Source: Marsupella aquatica
Lineage: Eukaryota; Plantae; Marchantiophyta
Direction of reading: 5' to 3'
Assembly: GCA_973895155.1 (NCBI GenBank)
Contig: OZ316899.1
Span: forward strand, 4,033,241-4,097,240
Length of the DNA: 64,000 nt
Part shown: positions 35,546 through 46,497 of the stretch, piece after piece
Position numbering within the stretch: position 1 is the stretch's first letter
Layout: each line of letters starts with the position of its first letter
The notes under the pieces: model-generated
The model's database searches: none
Seen by the model: the letters and a program-made list of their open reading frames with translations, nothing else
Told to the model about the DNA's origin: nothing
Position numbers and translations under genes: made by a program

Positions 35546-37011
35546 TGTTAACTCAAAGTCATAATCAAAATTTGAAGTCTAGTCGCGGAACTCGACTACC
35601 TTAACACTTAGCTCCGGCGTCGCTGACTCCGACGTCGAGCTCCCTTATGGTTCAGGCCCGGATAGGCAATCTAAGGAGGACTTAGCATGGGGAGACTTGC
35701 GGGCAATGAGACGTGGCACTAGCAAAGGCAAGGAGCCAAGCTGGTGACACACACTAAGGACTTAGGCGAGCTGAGAGCTGAGAGCTGGTCGGGTCAAGTG
35801 GAAAGGGGCCGGACTCAAGGTCGACCATCCGGGCCCCCGGACGGACTTTGAGTTCTGAGGGCTTGAGTGTGAGTTCCTATTGGGCCCAAGGCCAATGGAG
35901 TTGACGCCATGGCCAACGGACGCTTGGGGCGTGAGTTATGGCCAGATCCGGGTTTGGCCGATTGGGGACCCCAAGCGGAAATGAGACCTGAGGGCCTGGG
36001 CATGAGCACTGGGTCGGACCAATCACAATGGGCTAAGGCACTCCGCTTGCGGACGCCTAACGAAGAAGTTATGGGCGTTGCCAATTGGTGGCGCGCCCAA
36101 TATGCGCGATAGGATCCGGGTTGGAGGCCAAATGTTTAGGGACCAAAGTTGGTCCGGGGGTGGCAGGTCTCTAGAAGCATATATAAAGGGAGTGGTGTCT
36201 CCCTTGGGGCCAAGGGCGAGCCGAAGTCGTGAGCCGCGGCGATCGCGACACTAAGGGAAAGCGCCAAACGGAAACGGTGATATCTTCCCAACGGGAAGTC
36301 CGTTGGAGAACTTATTGGGTGCGTTGGAAAGATCTCAAGGAGGGCTACGTCCTCTAAAGCTAAGATGGGTCTGGGGGCGCCATGGTTCTCAAATTTTGCG
36401 GATGTTAGCTCGCCCGCTTGCCAAATCTAACCAAACAGCAGCCAAGCCGCGTTCAGTCTCCCAAGGGAACTTGCGTTGGGGAGACAAGGCCAAGTAGGCG
36501 TGGAGGTTGAGTTCCAAGGGTGCTTGGTTGCTAGAGTCAAGGCCGTTCTGGTCCCGGCGTGTTTGGGACAAGCTTGGGGACAAGCTATGGTATTTGGGCC
36601 ATGAGCATGTCCTGGGGTCAGGGTGGTCAGTTGGTGATGGATAGGTACGAGGGGGAACCCGGGCCGTGCCCAAGGAAGGAGCTGTTTTGGATGAACAGTG
36701 GACGTGGGTTCTGGTTCCGGCTTATGGCATCGGGAGGACCTATTTACCAACGTCTATTGAGCTTGAGTTAGGATGCTAGACTTGGTAAGTTCTAGATCCT
36801 AAAGGGTTACTTACCGAGGTGCTTGGTTGCTTGTGCAGATAGTGAGGACCAATGAGTAGCGGTCATGTTGGAGAGCAAGTGCGGCTTTGTATGGAAGGGG
36901 CCGTTGGTGGTGCAAGGGGCACTAGGTTGCTTGCTCGAGGTATTCCATGGAGGTCTGAGTGCCGTGATTGGTGAGGGCGCTGGGTGGCAAGGTCCACCAC
37001 TCGTCTCAACA
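35546..37011 (+). mobile_element. Probable solo LTR (about 1.5 kb), left boundary uncertain
   Basis: GC-rich, no real ORF, TATATAAAGGG near 36180, ends CGTCTCAACA. Flanks TCAAT/TAAAT match 4 of 5. Confidence 0.5.
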
Positions 37012-37275
37012 TAAATTTACAATTTCTTCTCAAAAACACTCTTCCCAATTCTAAAATTGAGACATCGAGGTATTGTTGTGTAACTCTTGCCCCACACTAC
37101 CTCCCCATCCACTTTCTTTCTTCCAAAATTGCATCCCAAACATTCATGCACTTTAGTGTCCAAAATGGAAATTGGCATAACTTTCTCTTAGAATGTCATT
37201 ATCATTATGGCCACGTCTTGTTGTGTATCCCTTGCTCTAGGCTACCTTCTTATCAACTTGTTAACACAAGACCAC

Positions 37276-37861
37276 TGTTGTGCAAATGCACATCGTCATA
37301 CAACATACATTGCTGGTCATGCCATACTCACATACATGCATAACATGGACAAGAGCATACACAAATACAAGATAGTGTACCGCAACTGAAATCCGTGAAA
37401 GACATACTGTCATAAAACACGTAAGAACACACACAGTCAAGCCAAACCCACTCCACAATGGAGAATCTAGGTCAAAGCTAACGGGACACCATAGCCAAGG
37501 AGCTCCACTCACTACCAAGGCTCTCCCAACGCCAAAGGCTCAGCTCAAAGAACTAACAGTCCTTTGAGCCTCTCCACACTATACCCTCCAACCCTGAGGG
37601 CGGGTCCTACTAGAGGAGTCACCCTCAACAGGGCACCCCCTCTAACCCTCTACCATGGAACCAGACTCCTAACTAGGCACTATGGCCCATCTAAGGTATG
37701 GACTCCGCTAGCACACTACATAGTCTAGTACGCTACGTATGGTCATGACAACTGTCGTGCGAATCCAGATTGTCATACAACATACATCGCTGGTCATGCC
37801 ATACTCACATACATGCATAACATGGACAAGAGCATACACAAATACAAGATAGTGTACCACA
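37276..37861 (-). repeat. 3' terminal repeat block X(109)-AC-L(364)-AC-X'(109)
   Basis: X 37276-37384, L 37387-37750, X' 37753-37861. Each runs TG...CA and X/X' differ at about 7 positions. Followed by AC and the PPT complement TTGCCCCCCT (37864-37873). Confidence 0.88.
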
Positions 37862-38034
37862 ACTTGCCCCCCTAACTGGTGGTTAGGTCCCTTCAACTCC
37901 CAGGTAGCCCTATCCATCTACTACATGCTATACACCTTTGTGGGTGCACGGATCAGAAGGTCGGGTGCTATGTTGCCCCATCATTAATCGCCCATCTGCA
38001 ATCCATACCATGTGAAGATCAAGTCATCCACCTC

Positions 38035-39422
38035 CTAAGTACACCGAGGACAAACCCACCGTCTAGTAGGCACAACATCAACAGGTGGAGTTAAGCATGA
38101 CATATGCCAACCCCTAGAACACCTATCACAAACCAACATTCGGGCTGCTTCACTAGCAGACCCACACAACATGCACCTCAAGCTAGTATCACTACCAAGC
38201 TGGGGTCCATTGTACCATCCACGTTTGGGAGGTGACATGGCGCACAATTACGCACATAGTCCTTCCAAACAACACCATCACAACCCTCCAACATGAGAAC
38301 TCCAGAAGCCAACACCTCTCTCACACGTAAGATAGTGCATCTTGCCGTCACATCCAACGTTGTCGGTGTAGTCTGCTGCAAATAGACATAGTCCCCCACA
38401 TGGAACCTACGAATGGATGGTCGATAACCTCCACCCCAGATGGTTGCATAACGCAACGTATCTCTGTGTTGAGCAATGGCAAGGTTCTCAAAGGCTGTTG
38501 GCATAACTTTCTAAAAGAGCTGTGCCCTTTGAGAACACACCCTCAACCACACCTCCGGGTCATCAAGGTTCACCACCTCACTAGAATCTCAACAAATTGC
38601 TGTGGGCAAGTCTGGGTCTTGGCCGTACAACAGAAAATAAGGTGAGGAGGAAGCCAAGGATGCTTGACGACTGAACCTATACCCCATGGCTAACCATGGC
38701 AACTGAATGTCCCAATCTCCAAGATACCCCTTCTGTAGGCCATACTTGCGCAATCCCCTCTTCATCGTCTGAACAACAAGCTCTGCCAAACCATCCGCCT
38801 CTGGATGATCTCGAGATGTGGTCCAGTGATCAATCAACGCCTTATCACACAAGACCTGAAACTCACCCTGAAACTCCGTACCCTGGTCGGTCAACATCTC
38901 CGCTGGTGCACCAAAATGACTAAGCACTCTATCAAGAAATGCATACGCTATTCCCTCACTTGCCTTGTCAGGCAATGCCACCAACTCAATCCACTTAGAA
39001 AAGTGCTCCACCATCACCAACACATACCGATGATGCCGCCTAGTTAACGGTAATGGTCCTGCAAAGTCCAAACTCCAACGGTAACCCAACCCCATAATAG
39101 GTAAGGGGTGTAACTGTGGTGTAGGGGCATTGAACGATGCCCTCACCCAATTGCAAACCATACAATGTGACACCAACTGTTTCACCTGAGTGTGGGCCTG
39201 AGTGTGCATGCCACACCACCAATATTGACCAAGAAGTAAGCTATACGTACGCTTTACTCCAAAATGTCCCAACTCCTCATGAGCATGTCGCACAATGCGC
39301 TCTCTCTGAGCTATATGGGGTACCACTCGTACTCTACCATCCTCCCACACACGGAGAACATGTGTTCCCTCCAATCGGTACCTCCTAGCACATTGGAGAA
39401 CACGGTCTCGCTCCTTGGCACT
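38035..39422 (-). pseudogene. gypsy DDE integrase followed by a C4HC3 PHD finger
   Basis: HEELGHFG...CMVC zinc motif, SLDFAGP, LTDQGTEF, HPEADGLAE. PHD: CMLC...CDRC...WHMSCL...WVCPRC. Confidence 0.92.
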
Positions 39423-42400
39423 TGTCACGTCGTAGGCTTCGGCCTTAACTCAGACTTGCTTAGACGGGCACATCCCTCGTAAATCTGAGGGTTCGGGCAG
39501 GAAGGGAAGCACGTAATGCACCTTATTCTTGTAAACTAGCGCTAAGTGCGCATACTGCTAAATACAAACACCTCCTAGGTATGGTTTGTGTTCCGCCGCC
39601 GGAACGTACCTTAGTCGATAGCAGGATCGACCCCGGCTTAAGGGCTTCTAAGCCTTCGTGCTGTCCGCCTTCGATCCGGATTCGATGATACAGGTCCTCA
39701 ACCCGTGCTCGCAACCACTTACCCGCAGGCTGCACCCTGTGCACATCTCGGGTAGTGCGTTCGGCCCGGCGCTGCCACCCATATACGAGAAACCCACACA
39801 CATATGCGCACACATGCATACAATCTCGATTTACACGAAGGAAAAATGATGGGAAAGGATTTTACTACAAAGGGAACATATGCGTACACTTAGTTGACAC
39901 GACAGCCCTGGAATGCACAGGTTCAAGGCCAAGGGTGCACACTACAACGGAGCCCGACTCCGCACTCGCCCGGCGAGCTTAGTCCTACCCCCTCCCCTTG
40001 GTACTCTGTCATTCCCAGAGGTCGGGACTCCCCGCATGTCCCGCGGATGTCCGACTCTGAAACTAAAAACCCCCCCTGCCTCTACCGAGGGGTGCACTAA
40101 ATACTAAGAGCCGAGGAACGGGGTGTCCTCACGCTGAAGATTTGCTGACTAAGGTCCTAACTAAGCTGACAGTCAGGCCGGAAAACGGCTGTGTCTTATT
40201 AGAAGATCCTAATTTACGCAGGCTGGACAGCAGGGCAGCGCTGCTGTACCTAAGGCAGGTGCCTGTCTCAAGAGCCTAACTAAGCCAATCCTAATCCTAA
40301 TCTATTCCTACTCTGCCGCTAATGCCTGGCACGCTTGCCAGAGCCGCCCGAATGGGAACGGCCATCCCGCTGCCTTCGAAGCCTGTCATTGTCCGCCTTG
40401 AGGAGCTGGACCTGGTCCAGCAGAGATTCGTTCTCTCGCCTCGCCGCGTCCGTCTCCTCTACTGCCTCCTGACATGCCTCCTCCAGCTGCTGGGCGTCGC
40501 TCGTCAGTTTACTCGCCAGCTGGTCCTGCTTCTTGGCCTCGGTTTGGAGCCGCGCCATCTCGGCCTGCAGCGTGGCTATCTCCGTCGCGTCCCGCTGGGC
40601 TCGCTCCTCGGCCTCCTCCAGGTCTTTCTGCCAGGTGACAGCTTGTTTCTTCAAACTGTCAATCTGGTTCCGGAGTCGTGTAATCTCGGCCTCGTTCCCA
40701 GCTTTGGCCTGTTCGGCTAGGGCGGTAAGAGCGTACGCCTTTGCTAACAACTCATCGGCGGCTGCAACCTTGGGTCGTAGTTGCAGAAGCTCAGCCTCTT
40801 GAGCCGCCACTTCGTTCTTTAGGTACACGGACTCCACCCGGTACCGCTCTATCCTCTGAAGGGCCTCCGACTGGGCCCGACCTGCCTTTACGGCGGCAAC
40901 CAACTCCTGATTGAAGAAACAGGCTACCTTCCGGGCCATGAACTCCCCGGTATCCCGGGCAATTTGATGAGAGAAATCTCCCAGAAGCTCGTTCAGAAAC
41001 GTACCCTGTACGAAGAGTTCCGGGTGGTCCAAGTTGTGCCTGTCCGGATTTGGGCACGGGCAGACATCAACACGCGCAGGGGCCGGGGCAGTGACGTCCA
41101 GCCCTGGGGACATAACGTTGGAAGGGGCTGGAGTGTCCTCCTGCAGCGATGTTCGGTTCTCCGGAATTGCCACCGGCGGGTCCTTGGGAGACCCGGGTTC
41201 GGGTAAGACCTCTGCCGTACCAACTTCTGTACTTAGCCCGGCTAGTTGGGTCGCATCAACGGTTGCGACGACCGACCCCTCCGACGCCTCCTCGGGTACG
41301 ATTACAACTATTTGTGGAGGTGGGGTGGGTGAAGCTGGCGTGTCCACTGGACTTCGGGCCTCGGGTTGGGGCCGTCTCTCCAATGCCGGAAAAACCCACC
41401 TAGCTGGGACCAGCTTTGTAACGTTGATGCGGGGAAGGGTTCGTCGATCAAACCGGGCGTACCACTCAAGAATGATTTCGATGTGGCTAGCGAAATACGC
41501 CTTCCCGCCAATGTACAGCGTCTTCCTTCGCAGCTCCATCTCTTCATGGAATTTCTTAGCGAAGTACGACGCCCATTTCCTAGGTCGATAGTTCTCGACC
41601 TGGATAACCTGGGCGGCGGAGATCTCCCCCCGGGGTTCCATCATGTGGAGAGCGTACCTCTGGAACTCCAGCCGCTCAGCTATCTCGGGCATGAGGCAGG
41701 TCCTCATCACGAACCCGTTGTCTACTGATCCCTCTGAGGGAAAACTTGAAGATTGGTACTTGGCCCCCTTGCCCCCGGGAGCCCGTGATTCGACTCGATG
41801 ATCACCTTCGGGTAACCCGAAGATCATCTTGAGCCGTTCTTCTGTGAGGGACATATTCCTTCCCCGCAGCCGAGTCTGTTGATGTACGTCGTCATAATTC
41901 TTGACGAATTCTGTCATGTCCTCCCCGTAGTACCTGCAAGTGTTCCAGGGGAGAGAGGCGAGGTGCTCAAATCCCTGAGTCTTCAGGTACACCGCATGCT
42001 TGGGATGGAGGATGTTGTTGTGAACGTTTTCCCCCATGCGATGCATCGTCACCTTGGCTACGGCTACCGTGGCCAACGGTAACCCGGATGCAGTGGCAGA
42101 TTCCTTCCTCTTCTTTCCCCGTGACTGACTCGGGGAAGGTGATACTTCCCCATCCTCCCGATCGGGCCTGGGGAGTGCCACTGCGGTTGGTAACGGGCCC
42201 GGGGCGGCCACGGTCACCATGTTGTCTGCTGGGGCCGCTCCTGGGGTCAGAGCAGGGGGTGGGGACGATATAGTGTCGGCCCCCCGCGCGCTTGTTCCTC
42301 TGGGCCGCCTGGTCAAGGGTGGGGTAGCCTCGTCGTCATCGCTAAGATCCACAGCGTTGATGACGGAGCGTACCTGTGCTGGCTGGGTGATAGGTGGTGG

Positions 42401-43421
42401 GGTTTGGCTAGGCTGCGGCTGAGGCTGAGGCTGAAGCTGAGGTTGCATGGGCACGGGTACGGGTACGGGCCCGGCTGAGTTGGTCATGTTGGTTGATGGC
42501 CGAGTTCCCATGAAGCTCTGCAGGTGCTGGTAGAAGTTCTCCGAAGCGAGTGCGGACGCCCTTGTCGAACGGTTGGTACTGGACTCCCCGTTAATGACAG
42601 CCCGAACCTGGGTAGGGATGTGGTCGAAGTGATGTCGCTGTAGGTCGATTGTACCCGGGATATTGAAGACCTCGTCCGGAAGCCGAAGCAATGCTTCCCA
42701 GAACCCGATATATTTGTCTCCGTTGAAGAAGTACCCAGATACCTCAGCTGGTCGGTAAAGCTCGCTCTGAGACGGGTAGTCAAAGTTAAGGACGTAGTGG
42801 TGTCGTCCTGCTAGGCGGATGGCTCTCTCGTATTCGCGTTCGATCTCGTATCGGCGCGGGTTGGCGTGTTTCAATGAATCGGCCAAGTGCCTTCCGGTAG
42901 ATAGGAACTGCGTCCAGAATCGAATGGCCGAGCTGGAGAGGATCGTGTGCGACATTCAGAGGAGATAGTAGTGGCGACCTAGAGAGAACGAGAGAGCTGG
43001 GGTCGAAGCTGGCGCGCGGACTGATGGACTGGTGCACTACAAAGGGTTGGCTCCCCTTTTATACTTTGAGGGCTTGTCGATCCCCGACGTCTCCTCGACG
43101 CCCATAGGTTGAACCACTCACGCTTGTGGTGTACCGGCCACTCCGCCGGTCTGAGTCAGCGTGCGTCAGTGGCCGCTTCCTTAAGTTCGTTATACGGACC
43201 CGAGGGAGGGGCCCCTCCACGCTCGTAACCCGGGTGTGCGAATAGCGACCCGCCGCCAGCCCGAACCTGAAGTCCCCCTTATTGCCTAATGATGTCCTAC
43301 CCCTAATGATTACCTAAATACTGTCGTTATGCTAATAATAGCGGCCTAAGACCCACCTAACGCGCGTGCCGAGCGCAGTTAGACTGAATCACTCATTAAC
43401 CGCCGTACCGGCGGCGTCACA
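39423..43421 (-). mobile_element. ORF-bearing TG...CA unit, family F2, complete copy (3999 bp), inserted in the RNase H-integrase linker
   Basis: TGTCACG...CGTCACA; perfect TSD GCACT (39418-39422 / 43422-43426). Removing it restores PGIVSAKERDRV. TATAAAA at 43057-43063. Confidence 0.93.
40319..42955 (-). CDS. 878-aa protein of unknown function (novel N-terminus, PQ-rich linker, retroelement accessory-type domain, coiled coil, basic NLS-like motifs)
   Basis: Uninterrupted ATG-to-stop ORF about 100 bp below a TATA box. Conserved in the decayed copies at 28857-31484 and 57030-64000. Confidence 0.8.
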   Translation of the reverse strand: MSHTILSSSAIRFWTQFLSTGRHLADSLKHANPRRYEIEREYERAIRLAGRHHYVLNFDYPSQSELYRPAEVSGYFFNGDKYIGFWEALLRLPDEVFNIPGTIDLQRHHFDHIPTQVRAVINGESSTNRSTRASALASENFYQHLQSFMGTRPSTNMTNSAGPVPVPVPMQPQLQPQPQPQPSQTPPPITQPAQVRSVINAVDLSDDDEATPPLTRRPRGTSARGADTISSPPPALTPGAAPADNMVTVAAPGPLPTAVALPRPDREDGEVSPSPSQSRGKKRKESATASGLPLATVAVAKVTMHRMGENVHNNILHPKHAVYLKTQGFEHLASLPWNTCRYYGEDMTEFVKNYDDVHQQTRLRGRNMSLTEERLKMIFGLPEGDHRVESRAPGGKGAKYQSSSFPSEGSVDNGFVMRTCLMPEIAERLEFQRYALHMMEPRGEISAAQVIQVENYRPRKWASYFAKKFHEEMELRRKTLYIGGKAYFASHIEIILEWYARFDRRTLPRINVTKLVPARWVFPALERRPQPEARSPVDTPASPTPPPQIVVIVPEEASEGSVVATVDATQLAGLSTEVGTAEVLPEPGSPKDPPVAIPENRTSLQEDTPAPSNVMSPGLDVTAPAPARVDVCPCPNPDRHNLDHPELFVQGTFLNELLGDFSHQIARDTGEFMARKVACFFNQELVAAVKAGRAQSEALQRIERYRVESVYLKNEVAAQEAELLQLRPKVAAADELLAKAYALTALAEQAKAGNEAEITRLRNQIDSLKKQAVTWQKDLEEAEERAQRDATEIATLQAEMARLQTEAKKQDQLASKLTSDAQQLEEACQEAVEETDAARRENESLLDQVQLLKADNDRLRRQRDGRSHSGGSGKRARH

Positions 43422-43487
43422 GCACTCACTATGCCTGGCACCCTACTGGTCCGTAGGAACTCTAACACCAACGCATCATCATGAATA

Positions 43488-45206
43488 TCATGTTGATCGA
43501 TCTGTAGCACCATCTCCAACCTCCGGATCTGCAGGCTGGCCATCTACCCTCTGACTAGAGGAAGGTGTAAGGTGATCCTCCATACTAGAGTTCACACCCA
43601 ACAAACACAAAAAGGCAGATGCATGCCATGCTGGCACCATCTCCTCATCAACCTCTCCATGCCATCTAGCTCCAGTATCATCCTCCTGACTAGGACATGG
43701 GTTCCTACTCAACCCATCAGCATCAAGGTTGGTAACTCCAGGTCTATGTACCACCTGAAAGTCATACTCCTGTAAGATAAGAGCCCACCGTGCAAGCTTT
43801 CCTGTAAGCTTATCAGCCTCCATCAACCACTTGAGCGGTTGGTGATCAGTAACAAGGGTAAACTCTATGCCAAACAATTAACACCTGAAGTGTGCCACAG
43901 CCCACACTGTTGCCAAGCACTCTCCCTCGTATGAACCATAGCTTGATTCTGTTGCATTGTTTGAACGACTTGCATAGGCCACCACAAACTCCTTGTTCTC
44001 ATCATCATGTTGTGTCAACACCGCTCCAATCCCCAACATACTCCAATCAGTGTGCAGTTGAAATGGGTGACCCCTGATAGGTCTCCTCAAGATAGGCGCA
44101 AACACCAACTTGGCCTTGAGCTCCATAAAAGCTCTCTCCTAGTCATCTCCCCACTGCCACTCCTGATCAGACTTCAACAACTTGTTCAAAGGCTTTGCTA
44201 TAGCACTAAATCCCTTCACATGTCGCCAAGAGTAGTTCGCCAATCCCATGAATGCCCGAACTCTACTCACATCTGTCGGCCGAGGGATACGTGCAATAGC
44301 CTCAACCTTTGCTTGTTGGACCCCCAAACCACTTGGGTAGATCACATGACCCAAGTACTCAACATCCTCATGGAAGAACCTACACTTTCCTGGATGTAAA
44401 CGTAGACCATGAGCTTTCAATCGCTCAAACACAATCTGCAAATGTTGCTGGTGCTCCTCCACAGTATCACTGAACGCCAAGATATCATCAATGTAACACT
44501 GAACAAAATCCAATCCTGCTAGGATCCTGTCCATCACTCTCTGAAACTCGGCAGGTGCATTCTTCAACCCAAAGGGTAAGAATCGCCACTGATACAAACA
44601 ATCCTTGCCATATGAGTTGACTCCCCAAAATGCTGTCTTGGCCTTGTCACTCACTCGAATTGGCAACTGATGGTATCCTGCCCGAAGATCCAAAGTACTG
44701 AAAATCCTTGCATTTCCCACCACATCAAAGATCTCCTCAGGTGTGGGCATGGCATACCTATCGGCCTTTGTCTGCCGATTGATAGGATGGTAATCTCCAC
44801 ACATTCGCCTCTCTGTGTAGTTGCCATGCACATCCTTTTTGATAGGCATGACAGTGGCTGACGCATACTCCCCATGCAACAACTCCACTAATCCAGCCTC
44901 CAAAAGGTCCAATTTCTTACTCCGAATCAAGTCCCTCTCCACATCACTATATCTGTAGGGACGACAAAAGATTGGCGTATCACTAGCCAAATCAATCCGT
45001 ATACCAGGTCCAACCAAAGCACCCAACTCCTTCATGCTAAAGGCAAAACAACTCCTATAAGCACGTAGGAATTGTGTCAACCGTCGTCGTTCACCTCCTG
45101 TCAGCTTGGGTCCAAGTGATGGCTCCCAAGTCTCCTCTACCAGTACACTAGAGGAAGAGGACGATGCCATTGGGTTGCTATGCCACCTCCTCACACGATG
45201 GCACAT
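43488..45206 (-). pseudogene. gypsy RT and RNase H
   Basis: RMCGDYHPIN, STLDLRAGYHQL, PFGLKNAPAEFQR, YIDDIL, LHTDWS, TDHQPLKWL, KLARWAL. Confidence 0.95.
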
Positions 45207-46473
45207 GCTCCTTTACACCATCATTTGAGCAAACAACTCCTCCACCAGCATGGGCCACCAACTCTACATGCCCATCCATCACATCCCATGTACGCCAAGG
45301 ATGCAAACTACCACTCTCCTCGCCCCCAGCCGATGCCTCTACCATCCCGGAAGGCAACAAGCTCATCACCAGGGGTGAAGTAACCACAGACATGGTCCTA
45401 AGTCTCCGCTGCTCGGCCATCGCAAGGTTCACAATCCATGTCAAACAGTTCAGGTCCATAGCCTGACCCAACACCTGGCGACGTGATGCCTCTGAAATTG
45501 AAGAGACTAATGTCACACCGGTAGGAAACCCCATAGCACGCTCTCTCTCATCAACGTTGGACTCCACCAACTGGCGCACATGAGAATCCCATACAAGCCT
45601 AGGACCACCATCCCTATAGGCATGTGATGAGGGAAAACTCACAAATGTAGGCAAAGCCATTCTAGGCTGCCCCACAAGGTTCACTATTGCCATGGGTGAC
45701 CTATCCACTGCTCTCGCCACCTGAGAATGTCGTCCACCATCCAAAATACTATCCATAGTGAGAGATAGAGGCCGCTGGATTGCATCATTGGCGCGCCTCA
45801 AAAGCTCCCTGGATAACAAGTTCGTCCACCACAACCATGGACGATGTGCACGTGAGCCCACCCTCGTTGCATCCAACAAAATAGCTGGCCCAATCCATGA
45901 CCGTACCTCATCTGCAGCCGTGATCACATGAGATCTAGTATCACCCAACAAAGGGACATTCTCCAGAATGTAAGCTGGAGCACGTGCCTGATGCACTTGA
46001 AGATGACACAACACCCACAACATCTCCCAAAACATATGAGAACGAGGGTCACGTAACCCTCCACCATGAGCAGCCCAAGTATGTCCCTGACATGGCCATC
46101 CAGCAATCACCAAATCAATAGGGCCAACCTTCTCAAGGTCTTGTGCCCCCAACAATGAAATGTCTGATGGCAAACTCCATTAATACCCCCAAATTGCGGA
46201 CTGTGACAACAACTCAGGGTATCTCTGCATCAACAATGCAAGATGTCGTGATGAAACCCTCCTCGCGGTCTCATCTCTCTCCACATACAAATACTTCCTC
46301 ACAGGTATCCCGGCCTGCAACACTGCAGCCAAACCCATGCTAATCCCACCAAAGAGGTCCAACACACAGATACCCTCTGGTGGATACTCCCCAAAAATGG
46401 GTGTTGTATCCAAAGGAGATAACCCCATTGGACCACCAGTAGGAGCTCGTCTTGGAGCCTCCTCTACCTCCAC
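45178..46473 (-). pseudogene. DNMT3-like C5 cytosine methyltransferase domain in the polyprotein
   Basis: Motif I VLDLFGGISMG, II YVERD, IV GPIDLVIAGWPCQG, VI YILENV, VIII AHRPWLWWTNL, IX ERERAMGFP, X RRQVLGQAM. One in-frame TAA (46180-46182). In frame with gag-PR across a TAG (46498-46500). Confidence 0.92.
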
Positions 46474-46497
46474 AAGTACAAAGGGTGTACTCCAAGC

